In this document: positions 36,946 through 49,035 of the stretch, in pieces
Numbering within the stretch: the first letter of the stretch is position 1
How the letters are laid out: each line of letters begins with the position of its first letter
Assembly (NCBI GenBank): GCA_964016885.1
Contig: OZ024745.1
Coordinates: 46,500,001 to 46,564,000 of the forward strand
DNA: 64,000 nt
Source of the DNA: Eledone cirrhosa
Taxonomy: Eukaryota
Direction: 5' to 3'
Position numbers and translations under genes: made by a program
The notes under the pieces: model-generated
Databases searched by the model: none
Seen by the model: the letters and a program-made list of their open reading frames with translations, nothing else
What the model was told of the DNA's origin: nothing

Positions 36946-38844
36946 TTATTCAAATAAAGTATATCCCCGGCATGAGACCACAACTAACTTTGAACAAAAC
37001 ACATTTACTTGTTTGATTCGACACTGCAGGATGTTTGTTTCACTACCAGAACATGCAATGCCGGTGAATTTTGCTTGAACTCCTACCGTACTGTAGGCTC
37101 TCAGCTTTTTTCCACCTTTGAAGCCTAACATTCGACAGAAAACATTTGATTCCGATTTATTCCATCTGCCAATACCAGAGTAAAAATGATCGCAGATACC
37201 TCCCCAATTACCATCAGTGAAGATTTCTGCAACCCCAATGTTCTCGCTATAAGTATAGCTAAATCTAGCAATAGTCGAAATACATCGGGGCATAGGATTC
37301 CATGTTGCATTAATACATTTAGGCTGAGTTTCGATTAGTTTTCTGTAATCATTTTTACAAGAATATTGAAGAAAAACTTCGTTTAAAGATCGATTTTCAC
37401 TTTTGTTGTATTCGAAGTGAAATTCAGCTTTTTTCATTGCAAAAAATTTGGGTATTTTACAAGACTTCACGCATTCTGGTATAGGACGCGACCACGTACC
37501 TTTACGTGAACAAACTCGATGATCTGTATTAGATATCTGAAACCCTTTTTTACAAGCGAATTGTACGAAGTATTTACCGATTTGTTTAACAACTACCGCG
37601 TGCTTTGGTATATTTGGATTCAGACATGCAGAGGTCTTGATGCAATATATACCAGGAAGCCAAATTCCATTAACACATGTGATAGCTCCTTCGTGGGCAT
37701 TTTTGTAACGTCTTTTGCAAGAGAAAATAATTTGCTGTCCAAAACGTATCTCTGCCGAATCACTTAATTCTTTAAAGTTTGGTAATAACCACAAAGGTTT
37801 TGAAAGTCCTTTTATATTTGGAACCAAACAAACTGGTTTACAAGCAGGAATCTTCCTATTCCATTTTCCATCAGCTTGGCACGTAATATCCGATTTACCT
37901 ACTTGAGTATATCCTTTCATACATTGATAGACCAATGTTGTATTGAAGACATTTCCATGGTCATCTCCATTAATAAATCCATGTTGAGGCAGCAGAGGTT
38001 TGGGACATTTCACCAAATGACACGAAGGGAATGTCCCTATCCAGTTTCCGTGTTCACCACATAGGAGTGTCTCATTCCCAAATAGTTCGTAACCATATTT
38101 ACAAGAAAACGTAATCGTAGAATTAACTGTATGTCCACTATTCGATACATTCTGACCATAGGAGGGAACTGGAAGCTCTGTTGGACATTTGACGATTTCA
38201 CAGATGGCGTTATGGTACCAAGTACCATTACGGCATTGAAGGCCACCACTAGATTCTCCGACACTAACATAATAACGATGACATACAACTCTTGAACTAA
38301 TTTCATCCGGAGTATTACCAAGTGCAAAAATAAATTTTCCCTTTGGTATTTCTGGAAACTTTCCACAGTTGATCAAATCCATAAAAGTCTCAATGAAGTG
38401 CTGATTTTGTCTGCTAACCACGTGACACTGGATTGGTTGTGTTTTATCTTTCGGAGAGCTATAATTAATTCTCACTGTTTCATTAAATGACTCCAAGTCA
38501 ACTTGTAAAGAGTCTGTTTGGAAAACTGAGTAGGGTTGTTCCGTGTATGGATTTCCACTGCCTTCTTCAATATTTCTGGTTTGATCTGTAGTTTTATCTA
38601 ATACTCTTACCATTTTATTCCGTTCAGATTTGGTACTACTGAGACCATTTTGTTTTGGATACTTCTCCTCTCGCTGCTTCTCATAATTCACAATTTCTTC
38701 ATTAACCTTGTTTCCACTAAAGGTTCGCTCACTGAAATTTTCATCGTCTTCAAATATATGTCTTCGAAAACTATTTGTTGTGATTCCAGCCAAACTATAG
38801 TCTACAGAAATGACCATTAACAAAACCAGTACTTCACCCGCCAT
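36946..38844 (-). CDS. Intronless secreted protein: signal peptide, ~140-aa charged linker, 6 Sushi/CCP modules, C-terminal SRCR domain
   Basis: Uninterrupted 632-aa ORF with a hydrophobic N-terminus (MAGEVLVLLMVISVDYSLAG). Six 4-Cys modules with CCP signature (e.g. TITFSCKYGYELFGNETLLCGEHGNWIGTFPSC). SRCR motifs GVAEIFTDGNWGGICD, VFCRMLGF and CSGSETNILQC. No TM segment. Confidence 0.93.
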   Translation of the reverse strand: MAGEVLVLLMVISVDYSLAGITTNSFRRHIFEDDENFSERTFSGNKVNEEIVNYEKQREEKYPKQNGLSSTKSERNKMVRVLDKTTDQTRNIEEGSGNPYTEQPYSVFQTDSLQVDLESFNETVRINYSSPKDKTQPIQCHVVSRQNQHFIETFMDLINCGKFPEIPKGKFIFALGNTPDEISSRVVCHRYYVSVGESSGGLQCRNGTWYHNAICEIVKCPTELPVPSYGQNVSNSGHTVNSTITFSCKYGYELFGNETLLCGEHGNWIGTFPSCHLVKCPKPLLPQHGFINGDDHGNVFNTTLVYQCMKGYTQVGKSDITCQADGKWNRKIPACKPVCLVPNIKGLSKPLWLLPNFKELSDSAEIRFGQQIIFSCKRRYKNAHEGAITCVNGIWLPGIYCIKTSACLNPNIPKHAVVVKQIGKYFVQFACKKGFQISNTDHRVCSRKGTWSRPIPECVKSCKIPKFFAMKKAEFHFEYNKSENRSLNEVFLQYSCKNDYRKLIETQPKCINATWNPMPRCISTIARFSYTYSENIGVAEIFTDGNWGGICDHFYSGIGRWNKSESNVFCRMLGFKGGKKLRAYSTVGVQAKFTGIACSGSETNILQCRIKQVNVFCSKLVVVSCRGYTLFE

Positions 38845-38995
38845 ATTTCACTATGTTATATAAACACTTAGATTCACAGTTCCCGCCTTTTCACGATCTG
38901 TCTATCTGACTCTCATTCTCTCTCTCTTAAACAACATTTACTAACTGCTATACTTATGTGCGTGTGTGTATGTTTGTGTAAATATACGTGTAAAC

Positions 38996-39057
38996 ACATA
39001 CATACATACATACATACATACATACATACATACATACATACATACATACATACATAC
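38996..39057. repeat. (CATA)n microsatellite
   Basis: About 15 perfect units read directly. Confidence 0.95.
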
Positions 39058-39647
39058 ACGTGTGTGTGTCGGAAATGCCTTTGTGGGGTCAGCAGTGGAA
39101 AAACAGTACAGCTTCTGTTTCCTGAATGTGCTGTCTTATTCCTAATATTACAGCATTCTCTTCCACTTCATAAACATAAGTGTGTGTGTGTATGTATTAT
39201 GTATGTATGCGTGTATGTATGTGCTAGAATGTATGTATGTATTATATCTCTTCCTCTAAATTCGTGTATATTTTTGACCGGCCACCTTCCTGGTGGCAAG
39301 GTTGTAAAAGAAAAGAAATTGTCATCCCTTGAATTGCAAGAATGTTTTGTAAATTTTGAAGGTACCAGCTATCGCAGCCATTTATAGTCTATGAATTAGG
39401 GAGCTGCACTCTTTGTCCACAAATCCAAGTTCAGTCATACTTTGGTCCAAGCGGGTTGGTATATAACCTGTAGCTCCAATAACGATGGGTATGAAGCTGA
39501 ATGTGTATCTTGGATACTAGATCTGCAAACTCCTCAACAATGGTGTCCTCCTCCTAAGTATGTATGTTTGTATGTATGCATGTATGTATATATGTATATA
39601 TGCATGTATGTATGTATGTTCTTTTGGTTTTATGATGTATGTATGTA

Positions 39648-40913
39648 CACTGTGACTTTAAAAAAACTGACTCCGTTTTTATTTTTGTCTACATTATTCA
39701 TTTTTTTACAAAAGCTGATGACACTCCGAATATATTTAGTTCAAATTATTAAAAACAACACATAAAAAATTTACTATTTTCTGATGTTCCAAGTGATCCT
39801 CATTTGAATCTATGCACTTTTTGATGCGTACGTTTAGCACAACCTCTTTACAAAGAGACCTGGGGATGGCTCTGATCTCCCCACTGATGTTTTCCTTTAG
39901 TTCAGTGATGGTCCTGAGTTTGTTAACATATATCCTATCATTCAGATAACCCCCAAAGAAAGAAGTTTGGTGGGCTTTTAAATCAGGGTTGATCACATGA
40001 CTTCCAAAGTTATTTTCCAGCCATTCTCGCGACCCATTGGAGGTGTGAGGGCTTGCTCGGTCTTGTTGGAATCAGAACCTATCTATTAGAGATGGATACA
40101 TGGTCTGTGGCTCCTTTTTGAAGTCTTCCCGAACCTCCACATAGCATTTCTTTGTGATTGTAGCAGTGACACCATATTCTTTGAAGAAGAATGAGCCAAT
40201 CAACCCACCCTCAGAAATGGCAGCCCAGAAGGTAAATTTAGCCAAGAGGAGAGACTTCACAGCCACTTCAGTGAGTTTCTCTGTCCCCCAGTACACATTG
40301 TTTTTAGAATTGATCTTCCCCTCTACAAGTGGGCTTCATCAGCAGTTCACATTAGATTCAGAAAATTTTGGTTATTTTCCATCTTCTCTACCATTTTTTC
40401 AGCCACAGCCTTTCTTTTGGTCTTAGTTACATTAAGATTTTGTTTAGTCTGTATTCTGTAGGGGTACTTCTTAAGTTCCCCGTTAACAACCCTTCTGCAA
40501 GCTTCTATGGAGAAACCCAAGGATTGGCTTTTTTTGCGCAACGATCGTTTTGGGCTCTGTTCAACAGACTCTCGAGCCATGTCAATAACTCCCTGTGTAC
40601 GTTTCCTGGGTTGTATTAAGGTTCTCCACAGTCCTATAGGTCTGAAACTTTTTTTTATTCAGTTTTGTATAGTAGCTTTGACGGGAGATTTATCCATTAC
40701 AAAAAATGCATGGAATTGGTCCTGGACCTACTTTTACAAGTCACACTTATAGTAGTGTTTCACACTGAAAATCTAGTGCGGGAGTTCCAATTGGGGTCTT
40801 GTCTTCTCAGGCGTTGTATCTGCCATGTCCTGAAATCTAAGGTTGGTCGGTTAGAAAATGAATATACAGTGGCACAAAACGTGCGTGAGCCCAGTTTATT
40901 TTGACTTCCTCTG
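39648..40913 (-). mobile_element. Decayed Tc1/mariner DNA transposon (DDxD type, rosa/maT-like)
   Basis: Minus-strand peptides RESVEQSPKRSLRK, KKYPYRIQTKQNL, FWAAISEGGLIGSFFF, FQQD..SPHTS and FFGGYLNDRIYVNKLRTITELKENI. Degenerate TIRs with TA at 39646-47 and 40914-15. Confidence 0.88.
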
Positions 40914-41864
40914 TATATATGTATATTTATTTATTTCAAGGGCTATATTTGTGTGTGTGTGTATAAAATACAACTCTTTAACGAAACCATCTAATGCAGT
41001 GTCTCAAGATTTACTGCTCTCTATGGCAGCTTTAGATAGTTCTAACCTTGAAGAGAGAGAAAGAGAGGAAAAAGAAAGCAGCGGGAGAGCAGAGTAAGGG
41101 GGGGGGGTGAGAAACAACGTGTGTGTGTGTGTATATGCCACTCGCTACCAAGTAGTTTTATGTAACAATAACTCTTTCTCTTTATTCCGTACAGTTCAGC
41201 TATTATTTCTATATTTAAACTTAAGTAAGCTAAGATAATGTCAAAACTGTTTACAAATTCTGCAATCTCCCCATAAAAACAAATAACAACAACAATAATA
41301 ATAGTTTCTGATTTAGGCACAAGGCCAGCAATTTTAGGGGAAAGGGAATGTCAATAAATCGAACACAGGTTTACATTTTATTTATCGACCCCGGAAAGAT
41401 GAAAGGCAACGTTAATATACATACATACATACATCCACCTTCTCCACAGAATGTGTGTGTGTATGTGTGCGTACGTACGTGGGTGCGTGTGTGTGTGTGT
41501 GTGTGTAAACATAGCTTTGTTACAATTTAGTGAAGAAACCGATTAATACTTATTTCGTCTGTAAAACAACAGGTTATGTACAAGTTCACTATAGAATGCA
41601 AGAGCTGGCATACAACTGGTCACACCGCTCAACTGAGAGAATTGTGTGTGATTGTAACCCTTTAAAACACTGTTTAACTGAGAGTAAACTTATGAATGAC
41701 AGAGACCTTTCCTATTATTTTCAAATTGAGAGACAACTATATGTGATAGACCCTCTCAAATAACAATAATAGGAAATTCTAGAATCATCCTTCAAATAGA
41801 AGTCTGAAGAATTCTTATAAGTATTTTCTTCATATGGTCATATGGTATACATTTAACAGTGATG

Positions 41865-42200
41865 TAGGCATGGCTAAGTGATCAAGAAGTTGGTTTCGCA
41901 ATCACAAGATCCAGGGTTCAATCCCAATGCATGGCATGTTGGGCATGTGTCATTACAATAGCCTTGGGTAAACACAAACCACAAGAATGACACTGGATTG
42001 ACAGAAACTGTATGGAAGCCCGTTGGATTGAGTGTACTTGAAATTCAAAGGTATGGCCTGTGTCACGCTGATTCTGCCTGAAAATTACATTAAAGGTACA
42101 CGCGTCTGGAGGATAAACATTTCTACGTTAATTCACAAGTCGGGCGCTCAGTTGATCAAGTAACTGAATTATCATCGTTGAAACCAACGGAGAGTCCATC
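41865..42200 (+). mobile_element. tRNA-derived SINE; related copies at 62163-62500, 57700, 59800 (-) and 61390 (-)
   Basis: gtaggcatggctaagtgatcaagaag (A box), ggttcaatccc (B box), gacagaaactgtatggaagccc body. Confidence 0.7.
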
Positions 42201-42929
42201 CATCCAATTTATCTATCTCCTCACGAACTCATGTCATTCATATTTCTAAATAACCGCCTTTCTCTGAGCTGTATCAAATCGATGTTCTTTAACAGTGTAA
42301 CATTTACAATTTCGAGCGTATGTTGAAACCAAATCTATGATTTTAATATTTTCTATAGAAACTGATCTCTGCCCTAGATGCTCCTAAACTAAGCTCCGAA
42401 ATCAGAATGGATAAAGTATATTTTATTATAAGAAACTGAAAAATGAATAAATTTGAGTGTGTATGTCAACGTGGCTTCCTTTGCCACATACAAATGATTT
42501 TAGGGTTGTTATGCTCCCCACTCTATTAATTCTGTACTTAATGACCTTGCTGTTACATCGAGCAAAACATACTCTTAACATTTCCGCACACTGACGTCAT
42601 ACATTCAATCTAGATACCTCAGAATACAAACACTGTCTCCAAGAACAGTGACATGGAGACATGACAACTTAGTCTTCTCAAACAACGGCGTTGTTTTTAC
42701 TGCTTAGTCAGAAAGGGAAGGGCAGTTCACATGACCTTTTGTAATGCCTTTTGAGATGGGTAGGCGGAATGGAGATACCCTCGTACTGGAGACCTGGCAC
42801 AAATGCTTGCAAGAAAGTTTGATTCTGCTAAAGATCCCTAAGGGCCAGGTTGTGGTGTTAATCCAGGCAACGAATTACCATATAACCCGAGAAACATGTA
42901 ACAAAAAAGAGGCACATGCCTCATTTGAG

Positions 42930-43432
42930 ACACCACAATCAGTGACTCTTTTATTCCGCAGTAAATGTGAGGATTACTGCTTCCGTTGTCGAACGGAATA
43001 AAATCTGGAAATACCGGGAACTATCAAAAAATTACTTTTTCCAGCCTGTGGCATATGAGATGTTTATTGGAGTTTGGCTGCTGACAGCGAAGTTCTTGTC
43101 ATTGTTGGTAGCTCGCCTTACTGGGGTGTCAGGTGATGTCCATGAGGATGCCTGGTTGTTTCAGTGCCTTAGTCTTGCTATCACCAATGCTCTGAACATG
43201 TTAGCTTGCCTAAAAAATTTCCGTTGACCTTTATGATGTGTGGTCGATTGCCACACAGTGAATGGATGGTCGTTTTTGTTTTCCCCATTTTTTTCTTCTT
43301 TCTTTCTCTTTGATCGTATATTCTGATGCGTTGTATTTGTAAGGCTTCTAGCAATAGTTGATTGTATTTATCATGTGTTTATATTTATGTGTATATTTTT
43401 GTTCTGAGTTATTTGTACAACCGTGAATAAAA
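42930..43432 (+). mobile_element. CRE-clade non-LTR retrotransposon 3' fragment (restriction-like endonuclease)
   Basis: ERNKIWKYRELSKNYFFQPVAYE...VSGDVHEDAWLFQCLSLAI, then a T-rich 3' UTR, AATAAA and (TA)n. Confidence 0.78.
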
Positions 43433-43477
<45 letters not shown>

Positions 43478-43851
43478 CAAAAGTATGTATTGAGTTAAAA
43501 ATTCACAATATAATCAAAATAGCTCAAGGAACAAATTTTTCCGAACCTTATAATACAGTAAAGAGAGACGAACACAGATATATAACTATATGTGTTTAAA
43601 TCACAAAGGACAGAAACCGCCAGGGTGAAGAAAATACTGACTAAAATAGTATGGTTCACAGAACTCAATCAAAAAGATAAATTGAGATATACGAACCTAC
43701 CATGACAACTATCATGTATCCGGACAGCTTACGGGTAGAACTGTTTTGCAAAATTCTGTGAAGAGAATTACGGGTGTGATGCTTTGCAACGGATACTCAC
43801 GACGAGTATTCTCCTCACGACTAAGTTTCTTAGAAGACTGATTTGGACACA

Positions 43852-44360
43852 TCTATATATGTAAAACTGAGGATGTCTGTCTGTGTGTGTGTGTGTGAGT
43901 TTGAGTCCCTAAAACTAGAGAAGCACCCAACCGACTGTTTTCAAACTTTGCACATGTAATACTTATGTTTCAGGGAGTGTTCTGAGCAAAGAAAATTCCA
44001 AATTTTCAATGCCCTAGGGACTGCATTAGGCGATTTAGCCATCTCTCTCTATAATTCTTAGACTTTCTCTTTTTAGATAGATACATACATATAACGTCGT
44101 GCCCTTATAATATCTGTCTGTATGTCTGCTGCTTCCGGTTATTGCCACCCTTGATCAAGACAAATTTCACACTCATTCCCCAAACAGTTGGTAAGTGCAC
44201 ACAACTTCTTCCTCACGTTTTAAGCCACGGTGTTGCTTACTTACGTACCACCAGACCCTTACTTCTTTGCCAGCCGTGGTTGTGGCAATACTAAGCTTAG
44301 CTAAGGCGGTTATATATTTCACAATACCTTATCCCGTGCAACGCCGGGTACCACTGCTAA
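43852..44360 (+). mobile_element. Non-autonomous Helitron
   Basis: A|TCTATATATGTAAAA 5' end with (GTCT)/(GT) microsatellite. 3' hairpin cccgtgcaacgccggg followed by CTAA|T. Confidence 0.8.
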
Positions 44361-44402
44361 TATAGTTATATATCCGTATTCGTCTTTACTCTATTATATA
44401 TA

Positions 44403-46803
44403 CTAGCAGAAAAACCACCATTCAGGTGGTTTTCTGCTAGCATGTGTCGCGTGCATATTGATATTATACGCAAGTATATATGCATGTAGATATACATCAA
44501 ATAAAATCGTAATTGACAATATACACAGAAATTGAACGAAGACTGCGTTTCATTGTCTTATATATAATCAGTAACGTAATCCGTGATACATTTAAAAAAG
44601 ACGATATCTAATATATATTTGTGAAATCTAATATATATTTGTGAAATGGGTGGTGGTTGAAATTCAGATGTGCACGGTTAAATGGTAGTAGACGTGGTCG
44701 GACTGACATGAAAATTTACACACCTATGTAAAAAGTGCCAAGGAAGCAAATAGACGAGGTTTCAAATCTCTAACTTGAAAAATGTGGTCCCTGGGGCCCC
44801 AAAACTATCGCGTTCGGTGAGTTATTTCCCTCTGTTCTAATACTTTTGTCTTATTTACAATTTCATACAAATAAAGCAGTAAATAAAGGATTATGTGAAA
44901 ATATCAACTGTAATGTATGTATGCATGTATTTATGTGTTTATATGAGCGGGGATATGCAAGTAAATCTTACTTTGTGGACAGCTTATCCTTAGTATAATA
45001 TTCATGCTAGAACAGCATATATTTGAAAGTTTTCAGGGAGTTGAATTACTGATTTTGGATCGGCAGCTTTAGCTTTGAAAAAATGAAATGTGCAGTGTAA
45101 AGATTTTTTTTATTATTCCACCGGGGATGAATCTTCTCTGCATGTTTCCATCTCTTTCTTTCTCTCTGGAAGAAATCAGCCGTAGTAAGACCTAAAAAAA
45201 TGGTTAGATACACCATGACGCACCGTGCATCACGGTGGAGTTGAAAAGCAGACTCAGAACATGACACTGTGTGGGGTGGCTCGCAGCCCAATGTTCCAGG
45301 AGGAGCAAAAGAAGAAGAAAAAGAAGAAGAAGTGAGCTGGAGTCCTATCAAATATGTAGGTTGTGTCTTAAATTGAAGGTTTAGTAGAAACAATTCATGT
45401 ATAGTTTTGTACTTTTCTTTTTGTCATTCATATATAAACAAATCAACTATATAAATTGGAAGTGGTTGGACGTTGTATATGTAGGTGTAGTCGGATAAAC
45501 ATCGAAATGGCTTGGTGGAATGCAACGAAAATTTACACAGTTATGCAGAATGACCCGAGGAGGCGTTGAGTTGACTTTCAAGCTACAATCTTCCATAGTT
45601 ACGGAGAAAATCGATGAAACAGGAATTTCCCATTCAAATTGAACTGAGAGTAATCTGTGAACGCAGAAGTAATTATTTCGAGAAACATTGCAACCGAACG
45701 AAAACAGGAAGACGATATTTTGGTTCGTGAAGACGTTCCCTGGCAGTGAACGGGAAAAAAGCGAGGATAATACGTCGTTATGTGGAACGTATAGAACAAT
45801 TTCAAGCAAAAACAAGACCAAGTTTATGGTATAAATGGAGTCGTTAGACTAATATTCTATTTAAAATAACAGAATGATTTCCAGCCCCGGAGTTTAAGAA
45901 TGATGTAAATAAAATTGAAAACGAAAATGACAGAGGTTATTAAAATAGTAAGAGTAAATAGTGAAGTTTTAGGCCAGTACATACGTATGCCCCGACGGAC
46001 ATACACATACATACGCACACACAAATACACACACACACGCACGCGCGTATGTATAAACCTTATGCATTTCTACAGTATTTTCACCAAACTTAAGACATAG
46101 GTTACTTATGTACTCCGGATGGTCATGGGCACTGTCATTTTTCCAGATATTGATTATAGCCCCCCCCCCCCCCCCTCCCCGGCAGATAACCCCTTTAACC
46201 ACTTTAACCACTTTAACCACTTCCTTTGGAGTCAACTGAAGCACTGCAGTGCAATGCAACAAAACGTCATAACTTCTGGAGTTCGCAACCGATTTTCACA
46301 AAACTTGACACATGGGCTACCTTTGTTCTACAGATAAATGTGAACTCTGAGAATTGGCACATATTAGGTAGGGGACCCCTGGAGGCAGGAACCCCCTTTT
46401 GGAAAAAGCCGATGATTTTGTAAAAGTATAGTTTTCGAGGCAGCACTGAAGTATTGATATAAATGGTATACACAACTGCTATTTAATATCCGAGCAACGC
46501 CAGGTACCTCTGCTAGTTATATATAAACTGCATTAGGAGAAAATTAGTGACGGAAATATATGAATGTTTATTTAAGCGAAGCTAACCGGAAGTGTTGACA
46601 TTTGAAAATTTTAAAGAACTGAATCTTAAAATAAGCCACAAAATTATTTATATTTAATCAAGAATAACGAAATTTAGTAGATAAATTATGTAATATTCAT
46701 TCACAATTATTTATTCAAAGTAATCCAACTTATTTTACAAACGGGATAAAAAAAATAAATATTCTGGACGCAGTCTCGCACTCCTTACTTTATTATAGTT
46801 AAC
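44403..46803 (-). mobile_element. Non-autonomous Helitron of the helicase-bearing family, interrupted by a + strand Helitron
   Basis: 44403-44606 is homologous to the 3' end at 49552-49743, and 46585-46800 is homologous to the 5' ends at 49355-49551 and 51259-51343. Confidence 0.65.
44607..46516 (+). mobile_element. Nested non-autonomous Helitron (~1.9 kb, possibly composite)
   Basis: A|TCTAATATATA start exactly where host-element homology stops. 3' end ccgagcaacgccagg...CTAG|T resembles the 44333-44360 terminus. Confidence 0.62.
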
Positions 46804-46804
46804 G

Positions 46805-47170
46805 AGTCGTCTCCCCTGATTATCGCCCAGCAGTGAATGAGCCCGAAGGAAGTCTGCTCCAATGATAGGCTGATGGGCATCAGCGACGGTGAATGTCCAT
46901 GTATATTACTGTGAGCCTCCGTGGAGGGAGAGAGTACGGTATCTGTAAGCTTTGATTGTAGAATCATTGGTAGCTGCCACTGACTCCCCTCTCTATAACG
47001 GAGGTCGTTTGCAGATGCCAGGATGACACTGACTTCTACTTCTGTGTCGATTAAGAATCTGACTGGAGATCTGATCATAGACATACAGGACAGTTGATCA
47101 TGTTTGCCGACCACCAGGGTATTTATTGCTGGTTGGTCCTAGAGTTTCTCCCGGAGTCGATGATGAAGAG
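46805..47170 (-). mobile_element. Ty3/Gypsy aspartic protease remnant
   Basis: RFLIDTEVEVSVI (degenerate FLIDTGA.VS.IP) and, after a frameshift, YTWTFTVADAHQPIIGADFLRAHSLL. Confidence 0.8.
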
Positions 47171-47209
47171 CTATTGAAGTTACATGGTTACTTGGTATCT
47201 TTTGCTTCA

Positions 47210-47882
47210 AATCCGTTTTTTATTTGAGGGGATCCGCTTTTTATTTGGGGGTCCGTTTTTTTATTTGGGGTGGGGGGTCCATTTATTATTGTGGGGGGGG
47301 GTCCGTTTTTTATTTGGGGTGGGTGGTGGGAGGTGTCCGTTTTTTATTTGGGGTGGGGGTCCATTTATTATTGGGGCGGAGTCCGTTTTTTATTTGGAGG
47401 GATCCGTTTTTTATTTGGGGTGGGGTGGGGAGTGTCCGTTTTTTATTTGGGGGGATCCGTTTTTTATTTTGGGGGTCCGTTTTCTTATTTGGGGGTCCAT
47501 TTTCTTTTGGGGGGATCCATTTTTTTATTTGGGGTCCGTTTTTTATTTGGGGGTATCCGTTTTTTATTTGGGAGGATCCATATTTTATTGGGAGGGGGAT
47601 CCATTTTTTATTTCGGGGGGGGGGGGCGTTTTTTATTCTTTGGGGATCCGATTTTTATTTGGGAGGATCCATTTTTTATTGGGGGGGGGGGAGATCCGTT
47701 TTCATTTGAGGGGATCCATTTTTTATTTAGGGGGGATCTGTTTTTATTTGGGGGGGGGGGGTCCGTTTTTTATTTGGAGGGATCCGTTTTTCATTTGGGG
47801 TTATCCATTTTTTATTTCGGGGAGATCCGTTTTTTATTTGGGGGGGGGGGTCGTTATTTATTTGTGGGGGATCCGTTTTTTT
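47210..47882. repeat. G/T-rich minisatellite, ~20-bp unit (G)nATCCGTTTTTTATTT, about 30+ copies
   Basis: Read directly: conserved TCC(G/A)TTTTTTATTT core separated by variable G tracts. Confidence 0.95.
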
Positions 47883-48351
47883 AAACACAGTAATTATTTT
47901 GTCTACCATTTTACCCAGCATATTACCCACAAAACTTATTTTACCTACCTTTTTACCCACAATAATTATTTATTATGTTTCCAGCGATTCTTTACTGAGA
48001 CATTCTAACCACATGCTCATAATATCGGAGTTGTGATTTCTGGACCAGCTTTTGCAAATCTTGCACTTAATTCAGCCTCCTGCATTCCATCGCTCATGAA
48101 CACGGCTCCAAGATACTTGAACTTCTTCAGTAGAACTCCATTCGCATGTATATAAATGTGAGGGACTTCTGTCCATCCGCCCATCACGCAATGTGTATGT
48201 GTGTTTGTGTGAATGTATGTGTGTGTAAAAGGAAGGAAAGGGATACACACATATATATATGTCTAATTTAAAAAGTGACACACACACACGTGTCTCTAAT
48301 TTAAGAACGCCGACAAACTCACGCGCGCGCACATACACACACTGTCCTATT

Positions 48352-49035
48352 ACCACTCAAGAGCTTTGGCTCGGGCTAACATCCCCTCAATTTTGGAACC
48401 ATCTCGGTTGTCCTGAATTGATGGGAAAAGACTTGACGGTCTTACTCTGTGCTCCTGGTCAAGAGGCAGGTGCCTTACCTGGGACGTCACAGTTAGTGAC
48501 TCTTTTGCTTCTTCCCACATCCTGGATGCAGCGCATAGGGCGAGAGCTACAGCATCCGCAGCTGAACGGAACAAAATCCTAAAATACCGTGTTCTGTCAG
48601 CTAACTACATTATCCAGACTGTGGCATTCGAGGGAGTTGGGCTACTGACAGCGGGATTCTTATCTTCACTGGCGGCTCGCCAAACAGAGGTAGCTGGTGA
48701 TGCTCGTGGGGACACTTGGTTGTTCCAGCACCTCAGCCTCGCCAGCACCCCAGGTAACACTGCAAGCGTGCTGGTCTGCCTCAAAAATTATTAGAGAGGT
48801 TTCCCAGTGCTCCTCGCTATATTGCTATCTTTTGCTCTGGTAGCGGTTGTTTTTCCAATCTTTCGCCTGCATATTGTTCTGTGGTCTAAGATGTGTATAT
48901 TAGCGGCTTGTGTATTTTTTCTCTTTCTTTTTTTCGTTTCCCTTTCTTTTGTATATATTATATTTGTTAGTGTTTTCGTTCTGTAATCATTATAGTAAAT
49001 GAGTTTTAAAAAAAAGAGTTAATAAATAAATAAAA
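48352..49035 (+). mobile_element. CRE-clade non-LTR retrotransposon 3' fragment (RLE domain)
   Basis: Frame not in the ORF track: RALARANIPSILEP..DGKRLDGLTLCSWSRGRCLTWDVTVSD...AERNKILKY...WLFQHLSLA...GNTASVL, then a T-rich UTR and (AATA)n. The UTR also appears alone at ~35015-35165. Confidence 0.85.

Noticed and set aside
38956-39765. ORFs of 143 and 107 aa
   Set aside because: They are translations of CATA, TG and TATG microsatellites.
41865-41940. tRNA genes (also near 9680-9745, 15420-15475 and 62165-62230)
   Set aside because: A and B boxes are present but there is no complete cloverleaf, and each continues into a SINE body.
47210-47882. CRISPR-like array, or long Gly/Phe-rich ORFs (47184-48008 and others)
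   Set aside because: The spacers are only G homopolymers, there are no cas genes and the context is eukaryotic. The ORFs arise because the repeat lacks stop codons.
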